Source of the DNA: Sandaracinaceae bacterium
GTDB taxonomy: Bacteria; Myxococcota_A; Polyangia; Polyangiales; Sandaracinaceae
NCBI GenBank assembly: GCA_044220955.1
Contig: JBGAQA010000079.1
Span: 1 to 11,195 of the forward strand
Direction of reading: 5' to 3'
DNA length: 11,195 nucleotides
Shown one piece after another: positions 1 through 7,307 of the stretch. Numbering within the stretch: position 1 is the stretch's first letter; each line of letters starts with the position of its first letter. A program made the translations under genes and the position numbers. The notes below the pieces were generated by a model that did not search any database, had not been told where the DNA came from, and saw only the letters and a list, made by a program, of their open reading frames with translations.

Positions 1-92
1 TTCTTCGCGGGCGACTTCTTCGCGGGCGACTTCTTCGCGGGCGACTTCTTCGCGGGCGACTTCTTCGCGGGCGACTTCTTCGCGGGCGACTT
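1..92. repeat. Perfect 15-bp tandem repeat TTCTTCGCGGGCGAC, at least 6 copies, coding SPAKK on the minus strand
   Basis: Positions 1-90 are six identical units plus TT at 91-92, with no spacers. Confidence 0.97.
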
Positions 93-119
93 GCGGGAGG
101 GTCTCTTGGTTCTTGCCAC
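1..119 (-). CDS. 5' part of a protein with a histone-like basic N-terminus, MARTKRPSRK(SPAKK)n; runs off the left edge of the window
   Basis: Hand translation from GTG at 119-117 gives GTG GCA AGA ACC AAG AGA CCC TCC CGC AAG then (TCG CCC GCG AAG AAG) repeated. A TACACT -10-like hexamer (132-127) lies 7 nt upstream. Not in the ORF track because no stop falls in the window. Confidence 0.7.
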   Translation of the reverse strand, partial: MARTKRPSRKSPAKKSPAKKSPAKKSPAKKSPAKKSPAK

Positions 120-126
120 GGCGCGG

Positions 127-132
127 AGTGTA
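127..132 (-). promoter_or_regulatory. Putative -10 box TACACT for a leaderless transcript of the SPAKK gene
   Basis: TAnnnT 7 nt before GTG119; no SD; no clear -35. Confidence 0.5.
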
Positions 133-209
133 CGACCGGTCGGCGCCCGGCGTCTCGCGCCGAGCGCGCCATCGAGGGCGCTCGAACTACGCTACGCTCT
201 TGGGGAGCG

Positions 210-1580
210 ATGGACTCGCCCAGCACCGCGCCCACGGGAACGATCATCGGCGGGCGCTATCTGCTCCGCGAGCGAATCGGCCGCGGCGGGATGGCGAGCG
301 TCTGGCGCGCCGAGCACCTCATGCTCAAGCGCGACGTCGCGGTGAAGTTCCTCGAGCTCGACGCCTCGCTCGCCGAGGGCGTCCGAGAGCGCTTCCTGCG
401 CGAGGCCCGCATCGCCGCGCAGATCCACCACCGAAACGTCGTCCAGGTGCTCGACTTCGGCGCCACCCCGGACGGTCGGCCCTACATGGTGATGGAGATC
501 CTGGCCGGGCGGACCCTCGCGAGCCGCCTGGCCGCGGAGGCGCCTCTGCCCACGATCGAGGCGCTCCGGATCGCCGCGCGGCTGCTCGCCGGGCTCTCCG
601 CCGCGCACGAGGCCGGGATCGTCCACCGCGACGTGAAGCCCGAGAACGTGTTCCTCGTCCGCGAGGCCGACGACGAGTACCCGAAGGTGATCGACTTCGG
701 GATCTCCAAGGTGACCGAGAAGACCACGCGCGTGTCGTCGGCCGTCGGGACCAACCCCGAGGTGATCATCGGCACGCCGGAGTACATGTCGCCCGAGCAG
801 GCGCGCGGGCAGACCGACCTCGACGAGCGCACCGACGTCTACAGCGCTGCGGTCGTGCTCTACGAGATGCTCACCGGCGCGCGCCCTCACGAGGGCGAGC
901 TGCCCGGGGACGTGATCGCGAAGGTGCTCACCGTGACGCCGCGCCCGCTCCGCGACCACCGCCCGGATCTGCCGGCCGAGCTCGACGCGGTGCTCGCCGC
1001 CGGCCTGGCCCGGGATCGAGAGGAGCGCTACCCCGACGCGGCGGCCTTCCGTCGCGCCATCATCCGGCTGAACGAGGCCCTCGAGGGCGACTCGACGGGA
1101 CGGGTGTCGCGCAACGGCATCGCCGACTCCGTCGTGCCGCCTCCGGCCTCCGTCCGGGCCGCGGACGGCGACCACGCCCCGGTGGATCGAGGCGCGCCCA
1201 CCGAGGAGCGGCCGAGGCCGCGCGCGGGGCCAGAGGACGCTCCGGCGGGCGGGGCGCGCCCGACCCTCGCCCGCCGCCGCCGGATCTCGCTCGCGGGCGT
1301 CGCCACCCTGCTGCTCCTGGTGCTCGCCGCGATCGCGTGGGATCGCCTCGGACAGGACCGCGCGATGCACGCGACACCGCTCGCGCCGACTACGGCGACC
1401 GAGGCCCCGCCCGACACGACGAGCGCACCGCCGGACGAGCCGGCGCCGCCACCCGAGCCGCCGCCGAGCGGCGCCTCCTCGATCTCACCGGGCGAGGGCG
1501 AGCTGCGGACGCTCCCCGTCTCGCCGCCCCCGGCCCGGCGCCGCCGCGCCGATGGGCTGCTTCGCGATCCCGGCTTCTGA
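210..1580 (+). CDS. Membrane-anchored Hanks-type (PknB-like) Ser/Thr protein kinase, 456 aa
   Basis: Motifs GRGGMASVW, VAVK, RFLREA, HRDVKPEN, DFG, GTPEYMSPE, DVYS. A TM segment (RRRRISLAGVATLLLLVLAAIAW) is followed by a Pro-rich tail ending LLRDPGF. Confidence 0.96.
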   Translation: MDSPSTAPTGTIIGGRYLLRERIGRGGMASVWRAEHLMLKRDVAVKFLELDASLAEGVRERFLREARIAAQIHHRNVVQVLDFGATPDGRPYMVMEILAGRTLASRLAAEAPLPTIEALRIAARLLAGLSAAHEAGIVHRDVKPENVFLVREADDEYPKVIDFGISKVTEKTTRVSSAVGTNPEVIIGTPEYMSPEQARGQTDLDERTDVYSAAVVLYEMLTGARPHEGELPGDVIAKVLTVTPRPLRDHRPDLPAELDAVLAAGLARDREERYPDAAAFRRAIIRLNEALEGDSTGRVSRNGIADSVVPPPASVRAADGDHAPVDRGAPTEERPRPRAGPEDAPAGGARPTLARRRRISLAGVATLLLLVLAAIAWDRLGQDRAMHATPLAPTTATEAPPDTTSAPPDEPAPPPEPPPSGASSISPGEGELRTLPVSPPPARRRRADGLLRDPGF

Positions 1581-1617
1581 CGAGGCGTCCGCTCGCACCT
1601 CCGGTCGACCGAGGTCG

Positions 1618-1626
1618 TGGTAGCGT
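1618..1626 (+). promoter_or_regulatory. Putative extended -10 promoter TGG-TAGCGT, leaderless start of the TPR gene
   Basis: TGn plus TAnnnT at 1621-1626, exactly 6 nt before GTG1633; no SD. Confidence 0.55.
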
Positions 1627-1632
1627 TGGCGG

Positions 1633-2430
1633 GTGCTCGCCCGGATCGGGGTCGTCTGTTGGTGCGCCGCCTTCCTCTGGGCCCCGTTCGCGAGCCCTGC
1701 CCGCGCCCAGGACGCGGAAGCGCGGGCCCGCGCCGTCTTCCAGGAGGGCCTCGAGCTCGCCGACCACGGGGACTGGGCGACCGCGGCGACGCGGTTCGCC
1801 ACGGCGCTCGAGGCCCACGACGCCCCGCCGCTCCGGTTCAACCTCGCCCGCTGCTTCGATCGGCTCGGACGCCTGGTGGAGGCGCTCGAGCAGCTCGACG
1901 CCCTCGAGTCCGGCGGGCACGCCACCCCCGCCGTGAGGTCGTCCGCGCAGCGCCTGCGCGACGAGATCGCTCCCCGCATCGGGCGCCTGGTCGTGCAGCT
2001 GCGCAGGGGTGATCCGACGATGCGGGTCGAGATCGACAACCACCCGCTGGACGCGGCCGAGCTCGACCAGCCCGTGCTCGCCGACCCGGGCACCCGGCAC
2101 ATCGCGCTCTGGCGCGGGGACCGCGAGCTCGACGCCATCGACGTGGTCGTGGCCGAGGGCGGCGTCTCGCACGTCGTGCTCACGGCACCCGACGGCGGCC
2201 CGGCCCCGAGCGTCGATCCCGCGCTGGCGGCGGACCCCGCGCCGCCGCTCGAGGTCGCGCCGCCGGAGCGGTCCAGCGACCTCGCCGCACAGTGGTGGCT
2301 GTGGACGATCGTCGGCGTGGTCGTCGTCGGCGCCGGCGTCGGCATCGCGGTGGGCGTCGTCGCCTCGCAGCCTCCCGAGGCGAGCGTCTCGGGCGACTTC
2401 CAGCCCGGCGTGATCCGGATCGGCGGATGA
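1633..2430 (+). CDS. Secreted TPR + PEGA-like protein with a C-terminal hydrophobic segment, 265 aa
   Basis: Signal peptide ending PARA-Q; TPR-like ARARAVFQEG...FNLARCFDRLGRLVEALEQL; PEGA-like GRLVVQL...VEIDN...ADPGTRHIAL; hydrophobic WWLWTIVGVVVVGAGVGIAVGVV. The stop overlaps the next start (ATGA). Confidence 0.85.
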   Translation: MLARIGVVCWCAAFLWAPFASPARAQDAEARARAVFQEGLELADHGDWATAATRFATALEAHDAPPLRFNLARCFDRLGRLVEALEQLDALESGGHATPAVRSSAQRLRDEIAPRIGRLVVQLRRGDPTMRVEIDNHPLDAAELDQPVLADPGTRHIALWRGDRELDAIDVVVAEGGVSHVVLTAPDGGPAPSVDPALAADPAPPLEVAPPERSSDLAAQWWLWTIVGVVVVGAGVGIAVGVVASQPPEASVSGDFQPGVIRIGG

Positions 2431-4178
2431 GGCGCGCGTCCCTCGCCGTCGCGCTCGCGATGCTGCTCGGGTGCGCCACACCCACGCAGATCGTCGTCGT
2501 CGTCGACACGGACCTCGCGATCCCGAGCGAGATCGACTCGCTCCGGCTGCGGGTGACGTCGCCGGACGGCACGAGCCAGCAGGCGCTGGCGCCCCTCGAT
2601 CCCGGGACGCGTCCGCCCCGGTCGCTCGTGCTGCTGCATCGGGGCGGGGCGCTCGGTCCGCTGCGCTTCGAGGCCGAGGCCCTGCTCGCCGGCGTCGTCG
2701 TCGCCCACACCGGGCGCTCGCTCGCCTTCGCGGCCGGATCGACGACGACCGTACACGTCTGGCTCGCGCGCGCGTGTCGTGGTGTCGACTGCGGAGCACA
2801 GACCTGCGGCGCCGGCGGACGCTGCCGTCCGTACGAAGTCGACGCGTGCGATCTCGATCCCGCGCGGTGCGCAGACGCCGGGACGCCCGACGCCGGCCCA
2901 TCCGACGGCGGCCCGGCCGACGCCGGGATCGACGCCGAGCGGACCGATGCGGGTCCGCGCTGCACCCTCGCCGCCGACGGGCGCCTCTGCGGCGGCATCC
3001 GCGCGATGCATGCGCTCGGCGACCGGATCGCCCCGATGCCGTGCACCGCGCTGCCGCCCGGCGTCAGCGTGACCTACGAGCTGCGTGGGCCGAGCGGAAC
3101 GCTGCCGGCCGCGACGGAGTGGGATGTCCGCGCGAGCGGCGACTACCAGCTCCTCGCGACCGCGAGCGCGCCCGCGGCGTGCACCGTGAGCGCGTCGTTC
3201 CACGTCCAGCGCTTCGACATCGCCGCGAGCACCGCGCGACCGGCGACGACCTACCAGGGCTTCGCGGCACGCGTCGGCATGGCCTTCGTCGCGACGCGGG
3301 GAGGCCCCTATGCCGTCACGCGAGCGAGCGGCTGGCGCGACCTGCGCATCGGCACGACCGGGTCGACCTTCTCCAACGACGACGTCACCGGCGTCACCGT
3401 GCGACGTGACGAGGTGATCTTCGCCACGACGGCGAGCCATCCCCCGGCGACGCGCGTCGTCGTCAGCGACGACTTCTCCTCCATCGTGCTCACGGACATG
3501 GCCCTGCCCACCGCGGACCGCTCGGCGCGCCGGATGGCCACGGCGCCCGGACCGCTCGGGAGCGGAGACGGGCTGGGCGCGATGGCCACGCGCACCGGCG
3601 CCGTGGTGATCGAGGACACGCCGGCGCCCTTCTCCGCGCGCGCCCTGCCGCTCGCCTGGGACGCGCTGCGCGGGGTCACGATCGGCACCCGCGAGTCGAG
3701 CGCCCGCGGCGCGGTCTGGACCGCCGACCTCGTCTCGATGCGCAACCACGCGATCGGAGCGGGCACCGCGGTCGCCGCGGGGGCGCCGATCCCGCTCGGC
3801 GTGACCATGATGCAGGCCCTGGTCGTCGACGATCGCGACGCGAGCGCGATGCGCCTCGCCACGTGCAGCCTGGACGCGGGCCTGCGCATCTACGACCTCA
3901 CGGCGATCGGCGCGGCCCTCCCCGCGCCGATCGCGACGGTGGGCGGCGCCTGCCGGGACGTCGCGCTCGACGAGGACGGCTCGTTCTGGACGGCGACCTC
4001 CGCGGGCCTGGTCCGCGTCGACCGCGACGGAAGCGACCGCGCGAGGCCGGCCGCCGCGGACGGGGCGCCGCCCGCGGGCGTCGCGAGGGTCGCCGTCGCG
4101 TGGAGCGCGCTCGGACGCGAGATCTGGGCGCTCACCGACACCGGAGACGTCCACGTCGCGAGCGTGTCCGCACCCTGA
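2427..4178 (+). CDS. Putative lipoprotein, 583 aa: N-terminal beta-rich domain, Cys-rich segment, DAG/DGG linker, probable Ig-like and beta-propeller-like regions
   Basis: The start is ATG2427 (ATGA overlap) rather than 2292. Signal MRRASLAVALAMLLG-C has a lipobox. Also CRGVDCGAQTCGAGGRC, DAGTPDAGPSDGGPADAGIDA and propeller-like CRDVALDEDGSFWTATSAGLVRVD. Fold assignments are inference. Confidence 0.8.
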   Translation: MRRASLAVALAMLLGCATPTQIVVVVDTDLAIPSEIDSLRLRVTSPDGTSQQALAPLDPGTRPPRSLVLLHRGGALGPLRFEAEALLAGVVVAHTGRSLAFAAGSTTTVHVWLARACRGVDCGAQTCGAGGRCRPYEVDACDLDPARCADAGTPDAGPSDGGPADAGIDAERTDAGPRCTLAADGRLCGGIRAMHALGDRIAPMPCTALPPGVSVTYELRGPSGTLPAATEWDVRASGDYQLLATASAPAACTVSASFHVQRFDIAASTARPATTYQGFAARVGMAFVATRGGPYAVTRASGWRDLRIGTTGSTFSNDDVTGVTVRRDEVIFATTASHPPATRVVVSDDFSSIVLTDMALPTADRSARRMATAPGPLGSGDGLGAMATRTGAVVIEDTPAPFSARALPLAWDALRGVTIGTRESSARGAVWTADLVSMRNHAIGAGTAVAAGAPIPLGVTMMQALVVDDRDASAMRLATCSLDAGLRIYDLTAIGAALPAPIATVGGACRDVALDEDGSFWTATSAGLVRVDRDGSDRARPAAADGAPPAGVARVAVAWSALGREIWALTDTGDVHVASVSAP

Positions 4179-4191
4179 TCGGAGCGCGCGC

Positions 4192-4200
4192 TGGTAAGAT
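4192..4200 (+). promoter_or_regulatory. Putative extended -10 promoter TGG-TAAGAT for the FHA gene
   Basis: TGn plus TAAGAT (4195-4200) in the 48-nt gap, 26 nt before ATG4227. Confidence 0.5.
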
Positions 4201-4226
4201 GCCCGCGCCCTCGCGGCCTCGAGAAC

Positions 4227-5015
4227 ATGAGCCACTGGACACTCGTCTTCGGCCCGCGCCGCTATCCGCTCGGGACCGCCCCGCTCGTCGTGGGCCGCGG
4301 CGACGACGCCGACGTCCAGCTCAGCGACCCGAGCGTGTCGCGCCGGCACGCGACCGTCCGCGTCGCAGAGGCCGGCCCCGTGGTCGAGGACGCCGGCAGC
4401 CGCCACGGGCTCGTGGTCGACGGTCGCAAGGTCGCACCCGGCGGGAGCGCGAGCGTCGCGCACGGCGCGCGGATCGTGATCAGCGGGCACGAGCTGCGCG
4501 TCGAGGATCTCGAGCGGCTCCGGCTCGAGCTGGCGCGGACGATCGAGGTACCCCGGCGCGAGCGAAAGGAGCAGCCCGCGGACCGTGGCGACGCCGTGAC
4601 GGGCGAGCTCGACGCGGTCGTCGCCGCCATCGACGACGTCGACGCCGCTCTCAGGGCGGGAAAGATCGGACAGGCGAGCCAGCTCACGCGGGGGCTCGCC
4701 GTGAACGTCCGCAATCGCGGCTCGAGCCTCGAGGACGCGCTGCTCGACCGCGGCGCGTCGCTCATGCTCGAGGTCGCGGTCATCACGGACAACCCGCAGT
4801 GGGTGGACGACGTGGTCCACCTGCTCGCCGCGCGCGCGCGGCTGATCCCCGTCGACGGGCTCGAGCACCTCGAGGGCGCGATCGCGCGTGCGCCGTCGCT
4901 GCGGACCATGGGCCTGCGCACGTACGCCCAGAAGATGCAGGCGCACTACGCGAACAGGCCGACGACCGAGGCGGAGCGACGCGCGCTGGAGCGCCTGCTC
5001 GGCCTGATCCGCTGA
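4227..5015 (+). CDS. FHA domain protein with a C-terminal helical domain, 262 aa
   Basis: FHA motifs VVGR, DPSVSRRHA and VEDAGSRHG (canonical NG appears as HG); amphipathic helical C-terminal half. Confidence 0.9.
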   Translation: MSHWTLVFGPRRYPLGTAPLVVGRGDDADVQLSDPSVSRRHATVRVAEAGPVVEDAGSRHGLVVDGRKVAPGGSASVAHGARIVISGHELRVEDLERLRLELARTIEVPRRERKEQPADRGDAVTGELDAVVAAIDDVDAALRAGKIGQASQLTRGLAVNVRNRGSSLEDALLDRGASLMLEVAVITDNPQWVDDVVHLLAARARLIPVDGLEHLEGAIARAPSLRTMGLRTYAQKMQAHYANRPTTEAERRALERLLGLIR

Positions 5016-5034
5016 CGGCCCGGCGCACGCCCGC

Positions 5035-6291
5035 TCAACGCCGTCGCACGCCCGCGTCGAGCGGCGCGCGCGCGGGCGTGAGCGTCTCGGTGTGCCCGTC
5101 GGAGAAGATCGCGACGGCCCACGTCTCGTCGCCGTAGGGCCCTCCCGGCACCGGTGCGTTCCAGTCGAGGTTGAGCCACGCCTGGCACGTGGCATCGCTG
5201 CGGTAGCTCACCTCGCGCACGCTCTGGCGCCCGAGCCGGCGATCCCAGTGCCGCCGGAAGTGCGCGGCCAGCCGCGTCGCGATCACGGTCGGCTCGAGCT
5301 CGATGCACACCTCCGCATAGGCGTGGCCGCCCGCCGGGCTGTCCATCATCACGATGCGCGCATTGCCGCCGATCGCCTGCGTCATCGCGCTGAGCGTCGT
5401 CGCGAAGTCGTCGCAGTCGCCCGCGAAGTCGTTGCCGATCGTCTCGCTCGCGCGCGCGAAGTACTCGGCGCCGCGCGGATCGTTCACGTAGTTCCAGCGG
5501 ACCCGCACGTGCGTCCAGATGTCGGCGACCTGCTCGACGCTGAACGTCCCGCTCGTCTGCGAGGCCACGCGCACCGCGAGATCCCGGGTCGTCGGGTTCG
5601 ACGGATCGATCGCCGCGAGCACGCCGGGCACGTCGTGGACGCGGATCGACTCTTCCTCGGCGCTCGGCCCGCCAGGCGTCGAGCTCGGCGGCAGCGGGTT
5701 GCCCTCGGGCGTCTGGGGGACGGCCGCGACCGGCGCTCCTTCGCGCACGTCGCGCACCAGCTGCGTGACCCTCGTCATCCGCTGCTCGTCGCTCACGAGC
5801 AGCGCCGTTCCCACGCCGGCGAGCGCGAGCATGGCCAGCCCCATCACGAGCGTCGGCCACACCGCGCGCCGCGCGCTCGTCCCGAACACGAGGCCGGTGT
5901 TGCACGACGCGCAGTTGATCTCGCCTCGCTGGAAGCCTGGCGGGAGCACGCCGAGCTTCTTGCAGCTCGGGCACCGATACCGGCCGAAGCGCGGCATCGC
6001 CATGATCGTGTCGCCGATGCCGCCGCGGCGCAGGAACGGCCGCATGCGCGGATCGCCCCAGGGGAGCGGCGCGCGTCCGAGCCGCACGTCCGCGCCGACG
6101 CGGATCACCGCGCGCTCGACGCGCTCGCCGTCGACCCACGTGCCGTTGGCGCTGCCGAGATCCTCGAGGACGACCTCGGACGCCTCCCAGCGCAGGCGCG
6201 CGTGCCGCGCGGACACCGAGGCCTCGGCGATGCTCACGTCGCAGTCGCCGGCACGGCCGAGGACGACCGAGCTGGGATCGGGTACGGCCAC
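5035..6291 (-). CDS. FHA - zinc ribbon - TM - transglutaminase-like (Cys-His-Asp) protein, 418 aa
   Basis: FHA VVLGR / VSARHA / LEDLGSANGTWVDG; CPSC...CASC; TM VWPTLVMGLAMLALAGVGTALLV; putative triad motifs GDCDDFA, GHAYAEV and WLNLDW. Confidence 0.88.
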   Translation of the reverse strand: MAVPDPSSVVLGRAGDCDVSIAEASVSARHARLRWEASEVVLEDLGSANGTWVDGERVERAVIRVGADVRLGRAPLPWGDPRMRPFLRRGGIGDTIMAMPRFGRYRCPSCKKLGVLPPGFQRGEINCASCNTGLVFGTSARRAVWPTLVMGLAMLALAGVGTALLVSDEQRMTRVTQLVRDVREGAPVAAVPQTPEGNPLPPSSTPGGPSAEEESIRVHDVPGVLAAIDPSNPTTRDLAVRVASQTSGTFSVEQVADIWTHVRVRWNYVNDPRGAEYFARASETIGNDFAGDCDDFATTLSAMTQAIGGNARIVMMDSPAGGHAYAEVCIELEPTVIATRLAAHFRRHWDRRLGRQSVREVSYRSDATCQAWLNLDWNAPVPGGPYGDETWAVAIFSDGHTETLTPARAPLDAGVRRR

Positions 6292-6297
6292 CGAGAG

Positions 6298-6306
6298 AGC
6301 TTATCA
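6298..6306 (-). promoter_or_regulatory. Putative extended -10 TGA-TAAGCT overlapping the fabD stop; leaderless start of the FHA-transglutaminase gene
   Basis: The minus strand reads TGA TAAGCT CTCTCG GTG, with 6-nt spacing and no SD. Confidence 0.55.
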
Positions 6307-7257
6307 GCCGGAGGCGCGCGCTTCGGCGATCGCCGCCCGAGCCGCGTCGAAGTCGGCCGGCTTCTGGACGCTGACGCACGCGGCCTTCTCCGTGGTGCGC
6401 TTGATCATCCCGGAGAGCGCGTTGCCGACCCCGATCTCCACGAAGAGCGTGACGCCGCCGTCCACCATCCGGAGCACCGACTCGTCCCAGCGGACCGAGC
6501 GGCTCACCTGTCGGATCAGCGCGTCCCTGGCGGCAGCGCCGGTGGTGACGGGCGCGGCGTCCACGTTCACGAACACCGGCCGCCCCGGATCGGCGAACGC
6601 GACCTCGGCCATTCGCGCCGCCAGCCTCTCTTCGGCGGGCTTCATCAGCCGGCAGTGGAAGGGCGCGCTGACGGGCAGGGGCATGGCCCGTCCCCCGGCG
6701 GCGTCGCACCTCGCGCTGGCGGCCGCGACCGCCGCCGCGTCGCCCGCGATCACGATCTGCCCCGGCGAGTTGTAGTTCACCGGCTCGACCACGCCCGGCG
6801 TCTCGGCGCAGATCTTCTCGAGCACGTCGCGACCGAGCTTGAGGATCGCCGCCATCGCGCCCTGACCCACCGGCACCGCCTCCTGCATGAACTCGCCGCG
6901 CGCTCTCACGAGGCGCACCGCGTCCGCGAACGCGAGCGTCCCGAGCGCGACGTGCGCCGAGTACTCGCCGAGGCTGTGCCCGGCCGCGACGTCCGGCGTC
7001 TCGCCGAGCCCACGGAAGAGCGCCACCGAGGTGGTGAGGATCGCGGGCTGGGTGTTCTTCGTGAGGCGGAGCGTCTCGTCCGGCCCCTCGAAGCAGAGCG
7101 CGGAGAGCTTCTCACCGAGCGCGGCGTCCGCGGCGTCGAACACCTCGCGACCGGCCCCCCCGGCGTCGAAGGCTTCGCGCCCCATGCCCACCTTCTGCGA
7201 GCCCTGCCCCGGGAACACGAACGCGACCTTGCCCTGGAGGATCGGAGCCTTTGCCAT
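6304..7257 (-). CDS. fabD: Malonyl CoA-acyl carrier protein transacylase, 317 aa
   Basis: Motifs FPGQGSQ, NTQPAIL, catalytic GHSLGEYS, RGEFMQ, NYNSPGQIVIAG, LPVSAPFHC and QVSRSVRW. Confidence 0.96.
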   Translation of the reverse strand: MAKAPILQGKVAFVFPGQGSQKVGMGREAFDAGGAGREVFDAADAALGEKLSALCFEGPDETLRLTKNTQPAILTTSVALFRGLGETPDVAAGHSLGEYSAHVALGTLAFADAVRLVRARGEFMQEAVPVGQGAMAAILKLGRDVLEKICAETPGVVEPVNYNSPGQIVIAGDAAAVAAASARCDAAGGRAMPLPVSAPFHCRLMKPAEERLAARMAEVAFADPGRPVFVNVDAAPVTTGAAARDALIRQVSRSVRWDESVLRMVDGGVTLFVEIGVGNALSGMIKRTTEKAACVSVQKPADFDAARAAIAEARASG

Positions 7258-7263
7258 GGGGCG

Positions 7264-7292
7264 CGGTTATCGCGGGGCGCCCGGTTCTGCAA
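7264..7292 (-). promoter_or_regulatory. Putative sigma70-type promoter of fabD: TTGCAG-17-TAACCG-6-ATG (leaderless)
   Basis: -35 at 7292-7287, 17-nt spacer, imperfect -10 at 7269-7264; ATG7257 sits at the expected +1; no SD. Confidence 0.5.
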
Positions 7293-7307
7293 GCCCGCGC
7301 CGCGGGC

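Noticed and set aside
1..92. Repeat as a CRISPR array
   Set aside because: The units are 15 bp, contiguous, have no spacers, are in frame in a coding sequence, and no cas genes are present.
2292..2426. Upstream start of the lipoprotein ORF
   Set aside because: It overlaps the TPR gene and reads as poly-Arg; ATG2427 gives a proper signal peptide and ATGA coupling.
5024..5056. Direct repeat CGCACGCCCGC near the convergent stops
   Set aside because: An 11-bp GC-rich match expected by chance; no mobile-element context.
1485..5195. 1236-aa minus-strand ORF and other long overlapping ORFs (113..1936, 192..1370, 1390..2901, 3863..5137, 4946..6709, 5092..7320)
   Set aside because: Arg/Pro/Gly-rich shadow frames typical of high-GC DNA; they overlap genes with clear motifs and have none themselves.
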